Below are positions 39,763 to 49,951 of a stretch of DNA of 64,000 bases, piece by piece. The position numbers were made by a program, and so were the translations under genes. Source of the stretch: Candidatus Zixiibacteriota bacterium (GTDB taxonomy: Bacteria; Zixibacteria; MSB-5A5; UM-FILTER-46-8). The DNA lies in NCBI GenBank assembly GCA_026983835.1, contig JALSTH010000104.1, forward strand, positions 3,862 through 67,861, read 5' to 3'. Below the pieces are notes generated by a model, which saw nothing but the letters and a program-made list of their open reading frames with translations, was not told the DNA's origin and ran no database searches. Positions within the stretch are counted from its first letter, which is position 1, and each line of letters begins with the position of its first letter.

Positions 39763-40440
39763 ATGAGTGCTGAGAAAAGAATTACTCGTAAAGATATGAA
39801 GCAGGATAAACTTGTAACAACTACCTTTAAGGCAACCGATTATATTCAAAAGCATAAGCAACTTTTTTTAATTGCCGTAGTGGCAGTCGTAGCGGTCGGT
39901 ATTATCGCCTATTATTTTTCGGCATACGGTACCAAAAAAGAAACGGAATCAATGGTACAGTTGGGTAAAGGCGATATCGCCCTTTTGGGCGGCGATTATA
40001 ATGCGGCAGTAACCGAATATCAAATGACAATAGAAAAATACGGATCGACCTTAAATGGCAGAAAGGCATATATCCTATTGGGCAGAGCTTATTATGGGCT
40101 TGGAGACTATAAAAATGCAAAAAAAACTTACGAGGAATATTTAGACAAATTCGATGGAAAAAAACCTACTCTTTTATATAGGGCGGCTCTCGTGGGCCTT
40201 GCCGCTTCTCTTCGGAATTTGGGCGATAAAGCTCTGGCTGCGGATTATTATCTAAAGGCAGCTGCAGATAATCCTTCCGATGATGAGAAGGCGTATCTAT
40301 TGCTTGATGCTGCAAGATGCTTAGCGGAAGCAAAGGAATATAAAAAGGCTTCGGATATATTCAAGCAAATCAAGGAAGAGTATAAATTCTCATTATATTC
40401 TTCCTGGGCCGATAGGGAATTAGCGGGAATCCCCGATTAA
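39763..40440 (+). CDS. Membrane-anchored tetratricopeptide-repeat protein (YfgM-like architecture)
   Basis: Single N-terminal TM (LFLIAVVAVVAVGIIAYYF) followed by TPR-like helical repeats (AYILLGRAYYGLGDYKNAKKTYEEYL...). Confidence 0.65.
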   Translation: MSAEKRITRKDMKQDKLVTTTFKATDYIQKHKQLFLIAVVAVVAVGIIAYYFSAYGTKKETESMVQLGKGDIALLGGDYNAAVTEYQMTIEKYGSTLNGRKAYILLGRAYYGLGDYKNAKKTYEEYLDKFDGKKPTLLYRAALVGLAASLRNLGDKALAADYYLKAAADNPSDDEKAYLLLDAARCLAEAKEYKKASDIFKQIKEEYKFSLYSSWADRELAGIPD

Positions 40441-40469
40441 ACGGGTTTTTGAGATAGAGCTTTTCCATT

Positions 40470-42644
40470 GTGAATGATAATAAATTGCATATCGCCTTTC
40501 TCTGGCATATGCACCAACCATATTATAAAACCCTTAAGGAAAATCGCTTCCAAATGCCGTGGGTGCGACTTCATGGTATAAAAGATTATTATGATATGGT
40601 TGCCATATTGGATGATTTTCCAAAAATAAAACAAACATTTAATCTGGTCCCCTCGCTTGTAGAGCAAATTGAGGAATATACCGAGAGGGGATGCTCAGAT
40701 AGACATTTGGAACTAAGCCGAAAATCGGTGGAAGATTTGACTCCTCATGAGAAAACCGAAATTCTGTCGAGCTTCTTCTCCGCTCATTTTCCCACAATGA
40801 TTCAGCCGTTTACTCGTTATCGAAGTTTGCGGGAAAAATCTGCCCGAAAAGGCGTTAAATCCTTCTCCAAACAGGATATCCTTGACCTTCAGGTTTGGTC
40901 GAATCTCGTTTGGTTTGATCCTATTTTTCGAAATGACGGGATAGTATCCCAACTTTTTGCAAAGGGGGAGGGTTTTAGTGAAGGTGAAAAGCAGGAGCTT
41001 TTAAATAAGCAAATTGAAATAATGAGGATGATAGTTCCTAAGTATAAAGAAGTTCAGGATAGAGGGCAAATAGAAGTTTCCATCAGCCCGTATTATCATC
41101 CCATATTGCCATTACTTTATGATACAAATATCGCAAAAGAATCGAATCCCAACATAAATTTGCCGAAAAATAGATTTCGACATCCTGAGGATGCAGAACA
41201 ACATATAAAAGCAGCTATCGAATTTTACAGGAAAAGGTTTGGCAAACTACCCAAAGGGATGTGGCCATCCGAGGGGTCCGTCTCCGAGGATATAATACCT
41301 CTAATTTCAAAAGCGGGGATAAAATGGGTTGCCAGCGATGAGGAAATATTGGCTTTAAGTCTTGGTCGTTCGGCAGACCGAAGGGAGGCTAACAATGTTT
41401 CTGCGACCACCGAATTATACCAACCTTACTTGGTAGGGGAGAGAGAAAATCAGATTTCGATAATATTCAGGGACCATACCTTATCGGATAGGATTGGTTT
41501 TGTTTACGCCAATTGGGACCCCCAAAAAGCTGCCGATGACTTTGTTGACAAGCTGTTGGGGTTAAAGCTTCATTTGGGTAAAACAAACCCCAAAAACAAT
41601 TTTATTCCTATTATTCTCGATGGCGAAAATGCATGGGAATATTATCACAACGACGGTAGGGACTTCCTGAAAGCCTTATACGCCAAACTAAGCGCTCAGC
41701 CGGATATCGAGACTACCACTGTCTCGGAATATCTTGAATCATTCCCCCCAAATAAAAAGATACAAAAGCTTTTTCCCGGCTCTTGGATTAATCATAATTT
41801 CGATATATGGATAGGGCATTCCGAAGATAATCACGCGTGGGATTCTCTATTTGCCGCCCGATCGGCATTGCTGGAGTTTCAAAATTCGGCAAAAGGCAGA
41901 GGATATGATAAGGATAAAATCGCTCAGGCTTGGAATGAAATTTATATCGCCGAAGGTTCCGATTGGTGCTGGTGGTTCGGTGATGAACATCAAAGCCCCA
42001 ATAATGATAAATTCGATTCACTATTCCGCTCGAATCTCACCTATATTTATGAACTTTTAGAACTATCCCCTCCAACAGACCTTCTCAAACCGATTAGGAC
42101 CATTCCCTATCGAACAAATATAATCTATCCCACTGGATATTTAACACCTGTAATTGACGGCAGGAATACAAATTTCTACGAATGGTATTCCGCGGGGTAC
42201 TATGATTGTGCTAAGGCTGGCAACACGATGCATCGCTCCATATATTATATAAGAAAGATTTATTTTGGCTTCGATAAGAATAATCTTTATATAAGAATCG
42301 ATCCTGACCCTTCATTGGCTAAAAATATATTTCTTGAAATAGTTTTTAATATAGAATTTTTTACACCAGTCAAATCTACCATAACCCTTAATTATAAAAA
42401 TAAATCTATTGAAATCAACCCTCCCTCTCCTATGAAGCCTAATGTAAAAATCACCGCTGAGATAGATTCTTTTTTGGAGATGGCAATCCCTATGGAGTTT
42501 TTTCCGACCGATGATTTTCTTGCATTACAATTTGATTTTCGTGTGATAATCTCACATAATGGTAAGGAATTGGAGATTTGGCCCCCTGTCGATCTAATTT
42601 CGTTTAAACTACCCAAGGCGTCTCCCGATTCCATATTTTGGTGA
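40470..42644 (+). CDS. Glycoside hydrolase family 57 enzyme (alpha-amylase/amylopullulanase/branching-enzyme-like)
   Basis: All five GH57 conserved regions are present: HMHQPYY, GQIEVSISPYYHPI, WPSEGSVS (nucleophile Glu), HTLSDRIGF, and ILDGENAWEYY (acid/base Asp). Length 724 aa. Confidence 0.85.
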   Translation: MNDNKLHIAFLWHMHQPYYKTLKENRFQMPWVRLHGIKDYYDMVAILDDFPKIKQTFNLVPSLVEQIEEYTERGCSDRHLELSRKSVEDLTPHEKTEILSSFFSAHFPTMIQPFTRYRSLREKSARKGVKSFSKQDILDLQVWSNLVWFDPIFRNDGIVSQLFAKGEGFSEGEKQELLNKQIEIMRMIVPKYKEVQDRGQIEVSISPYYHPILPLLYDTNIAKESNPNINLPKNRFRHPEDAEQHIKAAIEFYRKRFGKLPKGMWPSEGSVSEDIIPLISKAGIKWVASDEEILALSLGRSADRREANNVSATTELYQPYLVGERENQISIIFRDHTLSDRIGFVYANWDPQKAADDFVDKLLGLKLHLGKTNPKNNFIPIILDGENAWEYYHNDGRDFLKALYAKLSAQPDIETTTVSEYLESFPPNKKIQKLFPGSWINHNFDIWIGHSEDNHAWDSLFAARSALLEFQNSAKGRGYDKDKIAQAWNEIYIAEGSDWCWWFGDEHQSPNNDKFDSLFRSNLTYIYELLELSPPTDLLKPIRTIPYRTNIIYPTGYLTPVIDGRNTNFYEWYSAGYYDCAKAGNTMHRSIYYIRKIYFGFDKNNLYIRIDPDPSLAKNIFLEIVFNIEFFTPVKSTITLNYKNKSIEINPPSPMKPNVKITAEIDSFLEMAIPMEFFPTDDFLALQFDFRVIISHNGKELEIWPPVDLISFKLPKASPDSIFW

Positions 42645-42672
42645 CTCATTTATTGCAATAAAGGCGTTATTT

Positions 42673-43050
42673 ATGAAATCAGATGAAAATCCTCACGAGA
42701 GCTTAAAATCTATTACCGATGAAAAAGAAAAAGATTATGAATCTTATCGCGATATCGAAGAGGGTAAATCCGGCGCAGTATTAGCCTATATACCATTCTT
42801 ATGCTTTATCCCTCTCGTTATGATGAAAGATAATGAATTCGCCCTTAAACATGGCAAGCAAGGTTTATTATTGCTTTTAATTGAAATTGTCGCCGTTATA
42901 TTTCTATTTCCCGGAATTTCAGATTTCTTTTGGAAAATTATCCTTATATTTTGTTTCATAACTGCTATACTGGGTATTATCTATAGCCTTCAGGGAAAAG
43001 AACTTAAGATACCTTATTTAAGTAAATTTGTTAATAAATTTCAGATTTAA
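42673..43050 (+). CDS. Small integral membrane protein (DUF4870-like), hypothetical
   Basis: 125 aa with an acidic N-terminus followed by two hydrophobic helices (AVLAYIPFLCFIPLVMM, LLLLLIEIVAVIFLF). Confidence 0.45.
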   Translation: MKSDENPHESLKSITDEKEKDYESYRDIEEGKSGAVLAYIPFLCFIPLVMMKDNEFALKHGKQGLLLLLIEIVAVIFLFPGISDFFWKIILIFCFITAILGIIYSLQGKELKIPYLSKFVNKFQI

Positions 43051-43190
43051 ATCCGACATTATTATTTAAGTATTTTCGATAGGGGAGAGGGGAATTATTC
43101 TGAATTTAATAAAGACAATAACATCCCATAAGAAATATTATGTATAATAATACGAATATTCTTATTTTCTTATCTTCACTTATATTGACC

Positions 43191-44192
43191 CTATCCCCTT
43201 AAATTTTGTTCTAATATCTCGGAAATAGCCTTTATGACAACCTGAGGTTTGAGATCTTCCATACAAATACGGCTTTCCCTTCGGCATTTTTTTTCGCCGT
43301 GAAGGCTGCAGGGTGAACATTCCGCATCTATCATAACAACTTTATCTTTTTCGCCCAATGGATAAAACCCCAATATGGGATGAGTAGGCCCAAAAATCGC
43401 AACAACCGGTATTGAAAGCGCCTCCGCTATATGCATAGGACCGGAATCGCCGGAAACAACTAAACGACATAAAGATATTTCCTCTATTAATATTGATAGG
43501 TCAGGTTGCACAAAAACTTCTACGGATTCTAAATTGTTGAATCGTGTAAAATATTCTTTATCATAATCATCGCATATAATCTTGATCCTGAAATTATTAT
43601 CAAGTAATACATTAACTAATTCGAGGAAGTATCGGGGCAGCCATCTCTTAGCAAGATGTTTAGTTGGGGTAATAATGCCGATGGTGATGGAAACGGTTAT
43701 GTCTATATTATTAGGATATAATAGAATAGGATGTTTTGTTGATGTATCGGGTGAGATAAATGACGCAATGGCCGAAAGGTATAAATCTGTTGTATGCCTA
43801 TAGGGTTCCTTTACTTCTGTTTTATGACTAAGATATGATTTGCGTCTAACTCTTTCGCTGTCATAGATTAACAATTTCCTGTATCGCAAGAATTTGATAA
43901 TAATACGACTTCTTAAACTATTATGAAGATCTACAATCAAATCAAACTTTATTTTACGCAATTCACCTATATACTTTATAAAAGAAACTAAATTTCCGTT
44001 CTCCGGAAACAATATATATCGGCTGATACCGGGAAAATATTTTATAGCGGATTCATATTGTTGTTTTGTTGTCAAGATTATATTGGCATCGGGGAAGGCT
44101 TTTCCTAATGCTTGAATAGGTCCCGATGTTAAAATAACATCCCCCAGTGAGCTATACCTTATAATAAGGACATCGTGTGGATTATATTTCAT
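43191..44192 (-). CDS. Glycosyltransferase family 9 (LPS heptosyltransferase-like)
   Basis: ILIIRYSSLGDVILTSGPIQAL N-terminal motif and C-terminal GDSGPMHIAEALSIPVVAIFGPTHP. Confidence 0.8.
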   Translation of the reverse strand: MKYNPHDVLIIRYSSLGDVILTSGPIQALGKAFPDANIILTTKQQYESAIKYFPGISRYILFPENGNLVSFIKYIGELRKIKFDLIVDLHNSLRSRIIIKFLRYRKLLIYDSERVRRKSYLSHKTEVKEPYRHTTDLYLSAIASFISPDTSTKHPILLYPNNIDITVSITIGIITPTKHLAKRWLPRYFLELVNVLLDNNFRIKIICDDYDKEYFTRFNNLESVEVFVQPDLSILIEEISLCRLVVSGDSGPMHIAEALSIPVVAIFGPTHPILGFYPLGEKDKVVMIDAECSPCSLHGEKKCRRESRICMEDLKPQVVIKAISEILEQNLRG

Positions 44193-45005
44193 TTAGGAAA
44201 GGAACAATAGTGACAACAAGCCAATGGCGATACAATAGATGCCGAAATAGGAAAACTTGCCTTTTTTAACAATGTTCAAAACGATTATAATGCTTATATA
44301 ACCAACAATAAATGAGGTTATTCCTCCAACTAAATATGTGGTTATTTGGGCTGTTGTCGGCGGAGAAGAAACAACCTCTTTTAATTTTAAGATTGTAGCT
44401 CCAGCAACTGCAGGAATAGATAAAAGGAATGAAAAATCAGCAGCACGAGTAGGCTCGATTTTCAAAAATAAGCCGGTGGAAATAGTCATCCCCGAGCGGG
44501 ATAAACCAGGGGTAATGGCCAACGACTGCGCAATTCCAACGAGAAATGAGGATAATATGCCAAATCGCCTTTGTCCCCTTAAAACCCATCTGGTGGATAT
44601 AAGTATTATCCCGCAAAAGACCAAGACGATACCAACCAATTTTACATTATTAAATGCTTGAGTTACATAATCTTCAAACAACAAACCTATTATTCCCGCC
44701 GGAATAGTTCCGATTATTATATACCAGAACCACGATGCGGGAACTTTATTATTAGCCTCTCCCCTACCGCTTGATTCGGAAGGGGATTTACGCAAAAAGT
44801 AAAGGGTCAGATCGATTAGTTGTCGGCGGTAATAAATCAAAACAGCCAATAGTGTTCCAGTGTGAACGAAAACATCAAAATTGATATTTTCCAATCTAAC
44901 ATTCAAGAGGTGTTCGAAAATCACCAAATGGCCGGAACTGGACACGGGTAGAAATTCCGTTAGCCCTTGAACAATTCCCAAAAATAAAGCCTGTAGTATA
45001 GTCAC
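44193..45005 (-). CDS. uppP: Undecaprenyl-diphosphatase
   Basis: LQALFLGIVQGLTEFLPVSSSGHLVI and the later PGLSRSGMTI motif. Length 270 aa with 8 TM helices. The start abuts the GT9 stop. Confidence 0.9.
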   Translation of the reverse strand: MTILQALFLGIVQGLTEFLPVSSSGHLVIFEHLLNVRLENINFDVFVHTGTLLAVLIYYRRQLIDLTLYFLRKSPSESSGRGEANNKVPASWFWYIIIGTIPAGIIGLLFEDYVTQAFNNVKLVGIVLVFCGIILISTRWVLRGQRRFGILSSFLVGIAQSLAITPGLSRSGMTISTGLFLKIEPTRAADFSFLLSIPAVAGATILKLKEVVSSPPTTAQITTYLVGGITSFIVGYISIIIVLNIVKKGKFSYFGIYCIAIGLLSLLFLS

Positions 45006-45192
45006 TTGGACCTCGAATTTTGTATATCTATATTCAATGACGGAACCAAAAATCGGGATGTTGCAACCCTCGGGTAGTTTTTAGGGATGTATGATTTAGG
45101 AATGATTTGCTTTGTATCATTTTATATTCCAATTGGCAAAATATATCCATAGCGTTGCGGGTAGGATAAATCTTACCCCTATTCCCATTTTT

Positions 45193-45798
45193 CTACGGAA
45201 GATTAAATGTAGCACCTGCTAATATAGTACTAAATTTAGTCGCCTTGTCGGTGGTATTTATATAGGTATATCGATATTGAGCAAAGAACTCCAACGGGAA
45301 AAGCGGTGGGTGAACTTTTGCCCCTAAAATCCCATGATAACCAAGTTTGGTAACATTATCAATTGGGAAAGGGATGATTGCCCCACTTGGTTCGTCTAGT
45401 GAATAAACCAACTTATGGGTTCCAATTCCTGCCCCGAAATATGGAGTTATCATCGGAGTGGGGACCAATTTCAAATTATATATCGCGGTTGCCAAAAGGG
45501 AAAAATCGGAGAATTTCAATTTGTACCCCTCACCCAAATCCATATTCTTCCAAGAGTATTCCGCAGCTATTTCAAAATCAATAATAGGCAATGTACCTAC
45601 TTTTATATGTCCACCTATCATTGTCATCTTATCTTCAAGGCTTGCATTGAAATTTAAACCGCCAGCCCAGTTTTCAACGGGTCCCATATTTAATCCGGTA
45701 ATATAACCACCCCTGACGCCAAAACCAAGGCCAGTAATTCCAAATGAACTCCCGGCGATCAAAATCACTGATAAAACAGTTAAAGTAAAAATCCTCAT
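45193..45798 (-). CDS. Small outer-membrane beta-barrel protein (OmpW/porin-family-like)
   Basis: Signal peptide and alternating hydrophobic beta-strand pattern, with Gly/aromatic-rich strands. Length 201 aa. Confidence 0.5.
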   Translation of the reverse strand: MRIFTLTVLSVILIAGSSFGITGLGFGVRGGYITGLNMGPVENWAGGLNFNASLEDKMTMIGGHIKVGTLPIIDFEIAAEYSWKNMDLGEGYKLKFSDFSLLATAIYNLKLVPTPMITPYFGAGIGTHKLVYSLDEPSGAIIPFPIDNVTKLGYHGILGAKVHPPLFPLEFFAQYRYTYINTTDKATKFSTILAGATFNLP

Positions 45799-45904
45799 CG
45801 GTTATCCTCCTTGTTAATTTATTGCGATGATATGACGCATACTCCAATATTGAATGAAAGTCAAGTTTTAGTTGAAGCCATTAAGTTTTTAAGGAAGCCT
45901 ATTC

Positions 45905-46396
45905 TTAAATAATTTCTAAATCGAAATGCTCTCCCCATATCCCCCCGTTTTCGACAAACAGCTCGCCATAAGAGGGCGATTCGTTCCAACTTCCGGCTAC
46001 GGCTCCGGGATTAAAAAGTAATGTCTCTTTTATTTTTTTGCTCATTTTGCTATGCGAATGGCCAAAAAGAATGACATCGGGCTTTGGCGAAAATGCTTCG
46101 TAAACCCTATTGTCCAAGCCTACGGGAGATCCCCAGCCATGTATTAATCCAATCGTAATCCCTTTTATTTTAACAAACTGTTGTTTAGGTAATTCGGAGC
46201 GTAGCGCATAATCGTCCATATTCCCGTAAACACCATAAAAACGGCACATTTGCCCTAAACGCCGATATACATCTATTGAAGTAAAATCACCACAGTGAAA
46301 AAGAATATCTTCGCTTTTTATTTTTTTAATTATTTCTTTTGGAAATGACCCGATACGACCAGGGATATGCGTGTCAGAGATTACAAAAATCCGCAT
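45905..46396 (-). CDS. Metallophosphoesterase, YfcE/MJ0936 family
   Basis: MRIFVISDTHIP, HCGDF, GNMD, GHSH motifs. Length 163 aa. Confidence 0.85.
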   Translation of the reverse strand: MRIFVISDTHIPGRIGSFPKEIIKKIKSEDILFHCGDFTSIDVYRRLGQMCRFYGVYGNMDDYALRSELPKQQFVKIKGITIGLIHGWGSPVGLDNRVYEAFSPKPDVILFGHSHSKMSKKIKETLLFNPGAVAGSWNESPSYGELFVENGGIWGEHFDLEII

Positions 46397-46500
46397 TTAG
46401 CGATTTTTCTTTTTATGGCGATCTTTTCTTAGCCTTTTTTTCCTTTTATGCGTTTTAATTTTATGCAGTTTTTTCTTTTTACCGCTTGGCATTATTCTCC

Positions 46501-46842
46501 TTAATTGGAAAAAGTGTTATGTTCTTCGATGGAATTCTCCTCGGCCGTTTTCTTTTCCACAGGATTGGCGTTCATTACCGAATTCTTAAAATCGTTTGAT
46601 GGTTTAAAAACGGGTACATTTCTATCCGGCACCGGTACTACCTCGCCCGTTCTCGGATTACGGGCTTTCCGTGCTTTTCGAGCCTTTACCTTGAAGGTTC
46701 CAAACCCCCGAATCTCGATATTTTTACCTTCCTCCAAAGCCTTCCTTATTGCCGTGAGCATTGAGTCAATAGTTACCGCAACATCCGTTCTTGTTAACCC
46801 CGTTTTATCAGCTACAATTTCAACCAAATCAGCCTTGGTCAT
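46501..46842 (-). CDS. HU/IHF-family nucleoid-associated DNA-binding protein
   Basis: MTKADLVEIVADKTGLTRTDVAVTIDSMLTAIRKALEEGKNIEIRGFGTFKVKARKARKARNPRTGE. Canonical beta-arm motif. Confidence 0.85.
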   Translation of the reverse strand: MTKADLVEIVADKTGLTRTDVAVTIDSMLTAIRKALEEGKNIEIRGFGTFKVKARKARKARNPRTGEVVPVPDRNVPVFKPSNDFKNSVMNANPVEKKTAEENSIEEHNTFSN

Positions 46843-47131
46843 CCTATACCTCCAAATCTATTCCCATCAACAAAATATTTACAAATTTCATTTTCATTTC
46901 GATGAAAATCCTTTAGGTTGGAAAAATAAACCTTTTTTCTCAAGTAGCGCAAGCCTTTTTTCAAATTAATTATTTAACAATCAGATTAAGTTATATACTG
47001 ATTGGGAGTTAGGTTAGAAGGAATTGTTATATGTTCGATATCTGCGGGGATTCATTTTATATATTGTTGTGTATTGTTGCGAATAATAGCTTAGCTGGCT
47101 TGAGCGATCTAATTTGATGGTTAATCATATC

Positions 47132-47665
47132 TTATATTGTACCAATCAGTTGCGTTTCATTTTCCTCAATCTCATCTTTAGTAATTTCGGCAGGGTTATC
47201 CCTGAACAAATAGTATTTTGTCGAGTAATCGCTATCGGTCAATGGGATCTGGACTGCCTTTTTGTTTTCTAGATTTACGATAATTGGCCCAAGAAGATTG
47301 ATGCTTATCTCCTCAGGTTCTTTCGGAGGAATGGTTACTACTACGAATATTCTTGCATTAGATGGATTTACTGTCCCGATTCCTGCTAAATCACCTGCGT
47401 GAACCCGTACTTCATAGTCGGGCTTGAAATATAAAGGGTCCACTATCGGGAAGGCGATGGATGGATTCTTAACGGATTGAAGCCAGAGAAAAGGCATCGT
47501 GGATTCTCGTTCAATAAGCACATATTCATGCAAACTCTCAAATCCTAATAATCCTTTGGGAAATAATATAATGTCCCGTTCATTGAACCGAATTTCTCCA
47601 AAGCGGGTGGACTTGACTTTTCGCACAACCGATTTAGCGATTTTTTCCGTAATTATTGTTTCCAT
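47132..47665 (-). CDS. fliW: Flagellar assembly factor FliW (CsrA antagonist)
   Basis: ILFPKGLLGFESLHEYVLIE, the FliW signature. Length 177 aa. Directly downstream of flgL. Confidence 0.85.
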   Translation of the reverse strand: METIITEKIAKSVVRKVKSTRFGEIRFNERDIILFPKGLLGFESLHEYVLIERESTMPFLWLQSVKNPSIAFPIVDPLYFKPDYEVRVHAGDLAGIGTVNPSNARIFVVVTIPPKEPEEISINLLGPIIVNLENKKAVQIPLTDSDYSTKYYLFRDNPAEITKDEIEENETQLIGTI

Positions 47666-47669
47666 AATT

Positions 47670-49580
47670 TTAGCTCAAAAAGTTAACTAATGATGGTTGA
47701 ATTACTTTAGCGACCGTAGCCAATGCCGCCTGATAAACTACTTCTTGGTTGGCTAGGTTGCTGACCGCATTTAGCATATCAGCATCCTCTACATCGGAAA
47801 GCAATTTGGTTATATACACCTGATAATCGAGATTTTTGGAATCCACGCTATCAAGCCGATTTATTCTGCTACCGACAACAGATCTTAATGAAAGTATTTG
47901 ATTTTGGGCTAATTGAAAACGGTCAATTGTTTCCTGAGCGGTTGATACCCAATTATTTTCCAACCCCTTTTGCAAATAAAGTAAACTCCCGACTAAATCC
48001 GGGCTACCCGCTATGCCCAATTGACTTGCCGACCCATTTTCGTCGGTATCATAAACAATTAACGATTGGCCGCTTACCGTAGATTCCAAGATAACTCCGG
48101 TTTTATCGTCGTTCAGACGCATCTTAACTTGAGCCCCCGACCCCTCAATCATATCCATCAAGTCCTTGATGGTTGCATCGGGATTATCATCGAGTGATGA
48201 TAAATCGATATTAACTGAATTATGACCGTTTACAATGTTTATAAGCGAATTGGTAATCCCCAAATTATTGCGTAAATTTGTAAGCTTGGTATTATAGGTC
48301 AAACGCGGATCGACATCATCCCCATCATAAACCATTTGCGATGTGCTGAATAGGATTCCCAAATCCGAGGCAGTTGATTCGCCATCGGCGGATTCCTCAA
48401 TCGATATCATTAGGGGATTTAAATCGCTCCCCACAAATTCACCATTAATAGGCTCGGAGGTTAATAATCCCAAGTCTTCCGCCACACTCCCGCCATCCTC
48501 CTCAACCGTGTAATCCAACCCTAACGAATCGTTTAAGGTTATGGAATTGCCCTCATTCGTTATCGATGCGCTCAAGCCCGGTATTGCGGCATTATTTATG
48601 GCGTCTATTACATCACCCAAATCCTCCGCACCTGTGAGATCTATCGTATATTCGGTTCCGGTGCCGTCTTTAATCGTAAAGGTTGGAATGGAAAGATCCA
48701 CCCCCGAACCGCTATTGAGCATAGATAACGAAGTGTTAACGGTAATATATGGGTCGGATGTATCCTCAAAATGAAAGGAATTTCCCGCATCGGAGATAGA
48801 TACAGTAAAATTGGACAAACCTTGAGAGGCGGCTTGGGAATTAATCGCATCGAGGGCATCACCGATAGAAACAACTCCCGTTAAATCGATATCCGCAGTT
48901 CCGTTCAATGTTTCGATCGTAAAATGATTATCGCCTAAATTTACACCATTTCCACCATTGAGGTTGATAAGTAATGTGTCTCTCGAAAGACCGGGATTCA
49001 AATCATATCCATCACCGAGAACCGTAACCGGTTTTAATAAGAAATCGGAGCCGGGTATGTTGGCGGTAATCATCATATTCCTGTCTATTTCATAGCTCAG
49101 ATCGCCGTTGTCACCTCGATATACAACCCCCATTCCATTGAAATCATACGGGGCTGTTTGAGTCATATGTCCGGCAAAAATATATTTATTCTGATAGGAA
49201 TTATTCCCCGTGGATATTATTTGTTTAATTATATCGCCAATTTGCTGGGAGGCGGCTATTCTCGCATTATCATCATAGGTACCGTTCGATAATTGTAAGG
49301 CTACATCCTGAGCTTGGATAACAAAATCGTTAATAGCCGAAAATGACGAATCGGAATAATTCAACATCGTCCGCGCCGTCCCGATGTTCCGTTGGAATTG
49401 ATCGAGCTCATTCAGATAAGTACGGTAACCGAGCGCTTTGGTGATGCCGATAGGATCGTCCGAGGGCTTATTGATTCTTCTTCCGCTTGAGACAATTGTC
49501 TGCAGTTCCATATAGCGGGAGAATGAGGTCGTTAGATCCCGAACGGCGCGGTCTATAATCATTTGATTGGTAATTCTCAT
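47670..49580 (-). CDS. flgL: Flagellar hook-associated protein 3 FlgL (long form with large variable central domain)
   Basis: Flagellin-like N-terminal helix (MRITNQMIIDRAVRDLTTSFSRYMELQ...) and C-terminal helix (...AALATVAKVIQPSLVNFLS). The central ~400 aa are hypervariable and Gly/Asp/Ser-rich. Confidence 0.8.
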   Translation of the reverse strand: MRITNQMIIDRAVRDLTTSFSRYMELQTIVSSGRRINKPSDDPIGITKALGYRTYLNELDQFQRNIGTARTMLNYSDSSFSAINDFVIQAQDVALQLSNGTYDDNARIAASQQIGDIIKQIISTGNNSYQNKYIFAGHMTQTAPYDFNGMGVVYRGDNGDLSYEIDRNMMITANIPGSDFLLKPVTVLGDGYDLNPGLSRDTLLINLNGGNGVNLGDNHFTIETLNGTADIDLTGVVSIGDALDAINSQAASQGLSNFTVSISDAGNSFHFEDTSDPYITVNTSLSMLNSGSGVDLSIPTFTIKDGTGTEYTIDLTGAEDLGDVIDAINNAAIPGLSASITNEGNSITLNDSLGLDYTVEEDGGSVAEDLGLLTSEPINGEFVGSDLNPLMISIEESADGESTASDLGILFSTSQMVYDGDDVDPRLTYNTKLTNLRNNLGITNSLINIVNGHNSVNIDLSSLDDNPDATIKDLMDMIEGSGAQVKMRLNDDKTGVILESTVSGQSLIVYDTDENGSASQLGIAGSPDLVGSLLYLQKGLENNWVSTAQETIDRFQLAQNQILSLRSVVGSRINRLDSVDSKNLDYQVYITKLLSDVEDADMLNAVSNLANQEVVYQAALATVAKVIQPSLVNFLS

Positions 49581-49626
49581 TTACATCTCCCCTTCTTGGC
49601 TATACAAAACCTGAAAAAAGAATAAA

Positions 49627-49896
49627 TCATTTTTCACCATTATCTTTTTTATTCTCGCCGTTTCTTTTATGCTTTCGCAACAGATCGCTCATCCTTTCAA
49701 TATCCGCACCTTGAGCTTTGGCGGCATCAATATTTTCCTTTAGAATTTTTTTATAGATTTCCTCACGGTGAACTGAGATTTCCGGAGGCGCGATAATGCC
49801 TAAACGAACCTGCCTCCCTTGAATTCCAAGCACCCTGACGGTTACATCATCTCCTATTGCTATTGACTCACCAATCCTCCTTGTCAATATTAACAT
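49627..49896 (-). CDS. csrA: Carbon storage regulator CsrA (post-transcriptional regulator)
   Basis: [48 protein letters not shown] is near-identical in pattern to E. coli CsrA. Confidence 0.9.
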   Translation of the reverse strand: MLILTRRIGESIAIGDDVTVRVLGIQGRQVRLGIIAPPEISVHREEIYKKILKENIDAAKAQGADIERMSDLLRKHKRNGENKKDNGEK

Positions 49897-49951
49897 TTTA
49901 CCCTCCCTGGCAATTTCAATGTAAAGGTTAGAAACCCTTTTCCATAACTTC

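Noticed and set aside
45140-45192. GGGTAGG-ataaat-CTTACCC hairpin downstream of the beta-barrel gene
   Set aside because: No U-tract follows on the coding (minus) strand. Weak and unconvincing as a terminator.
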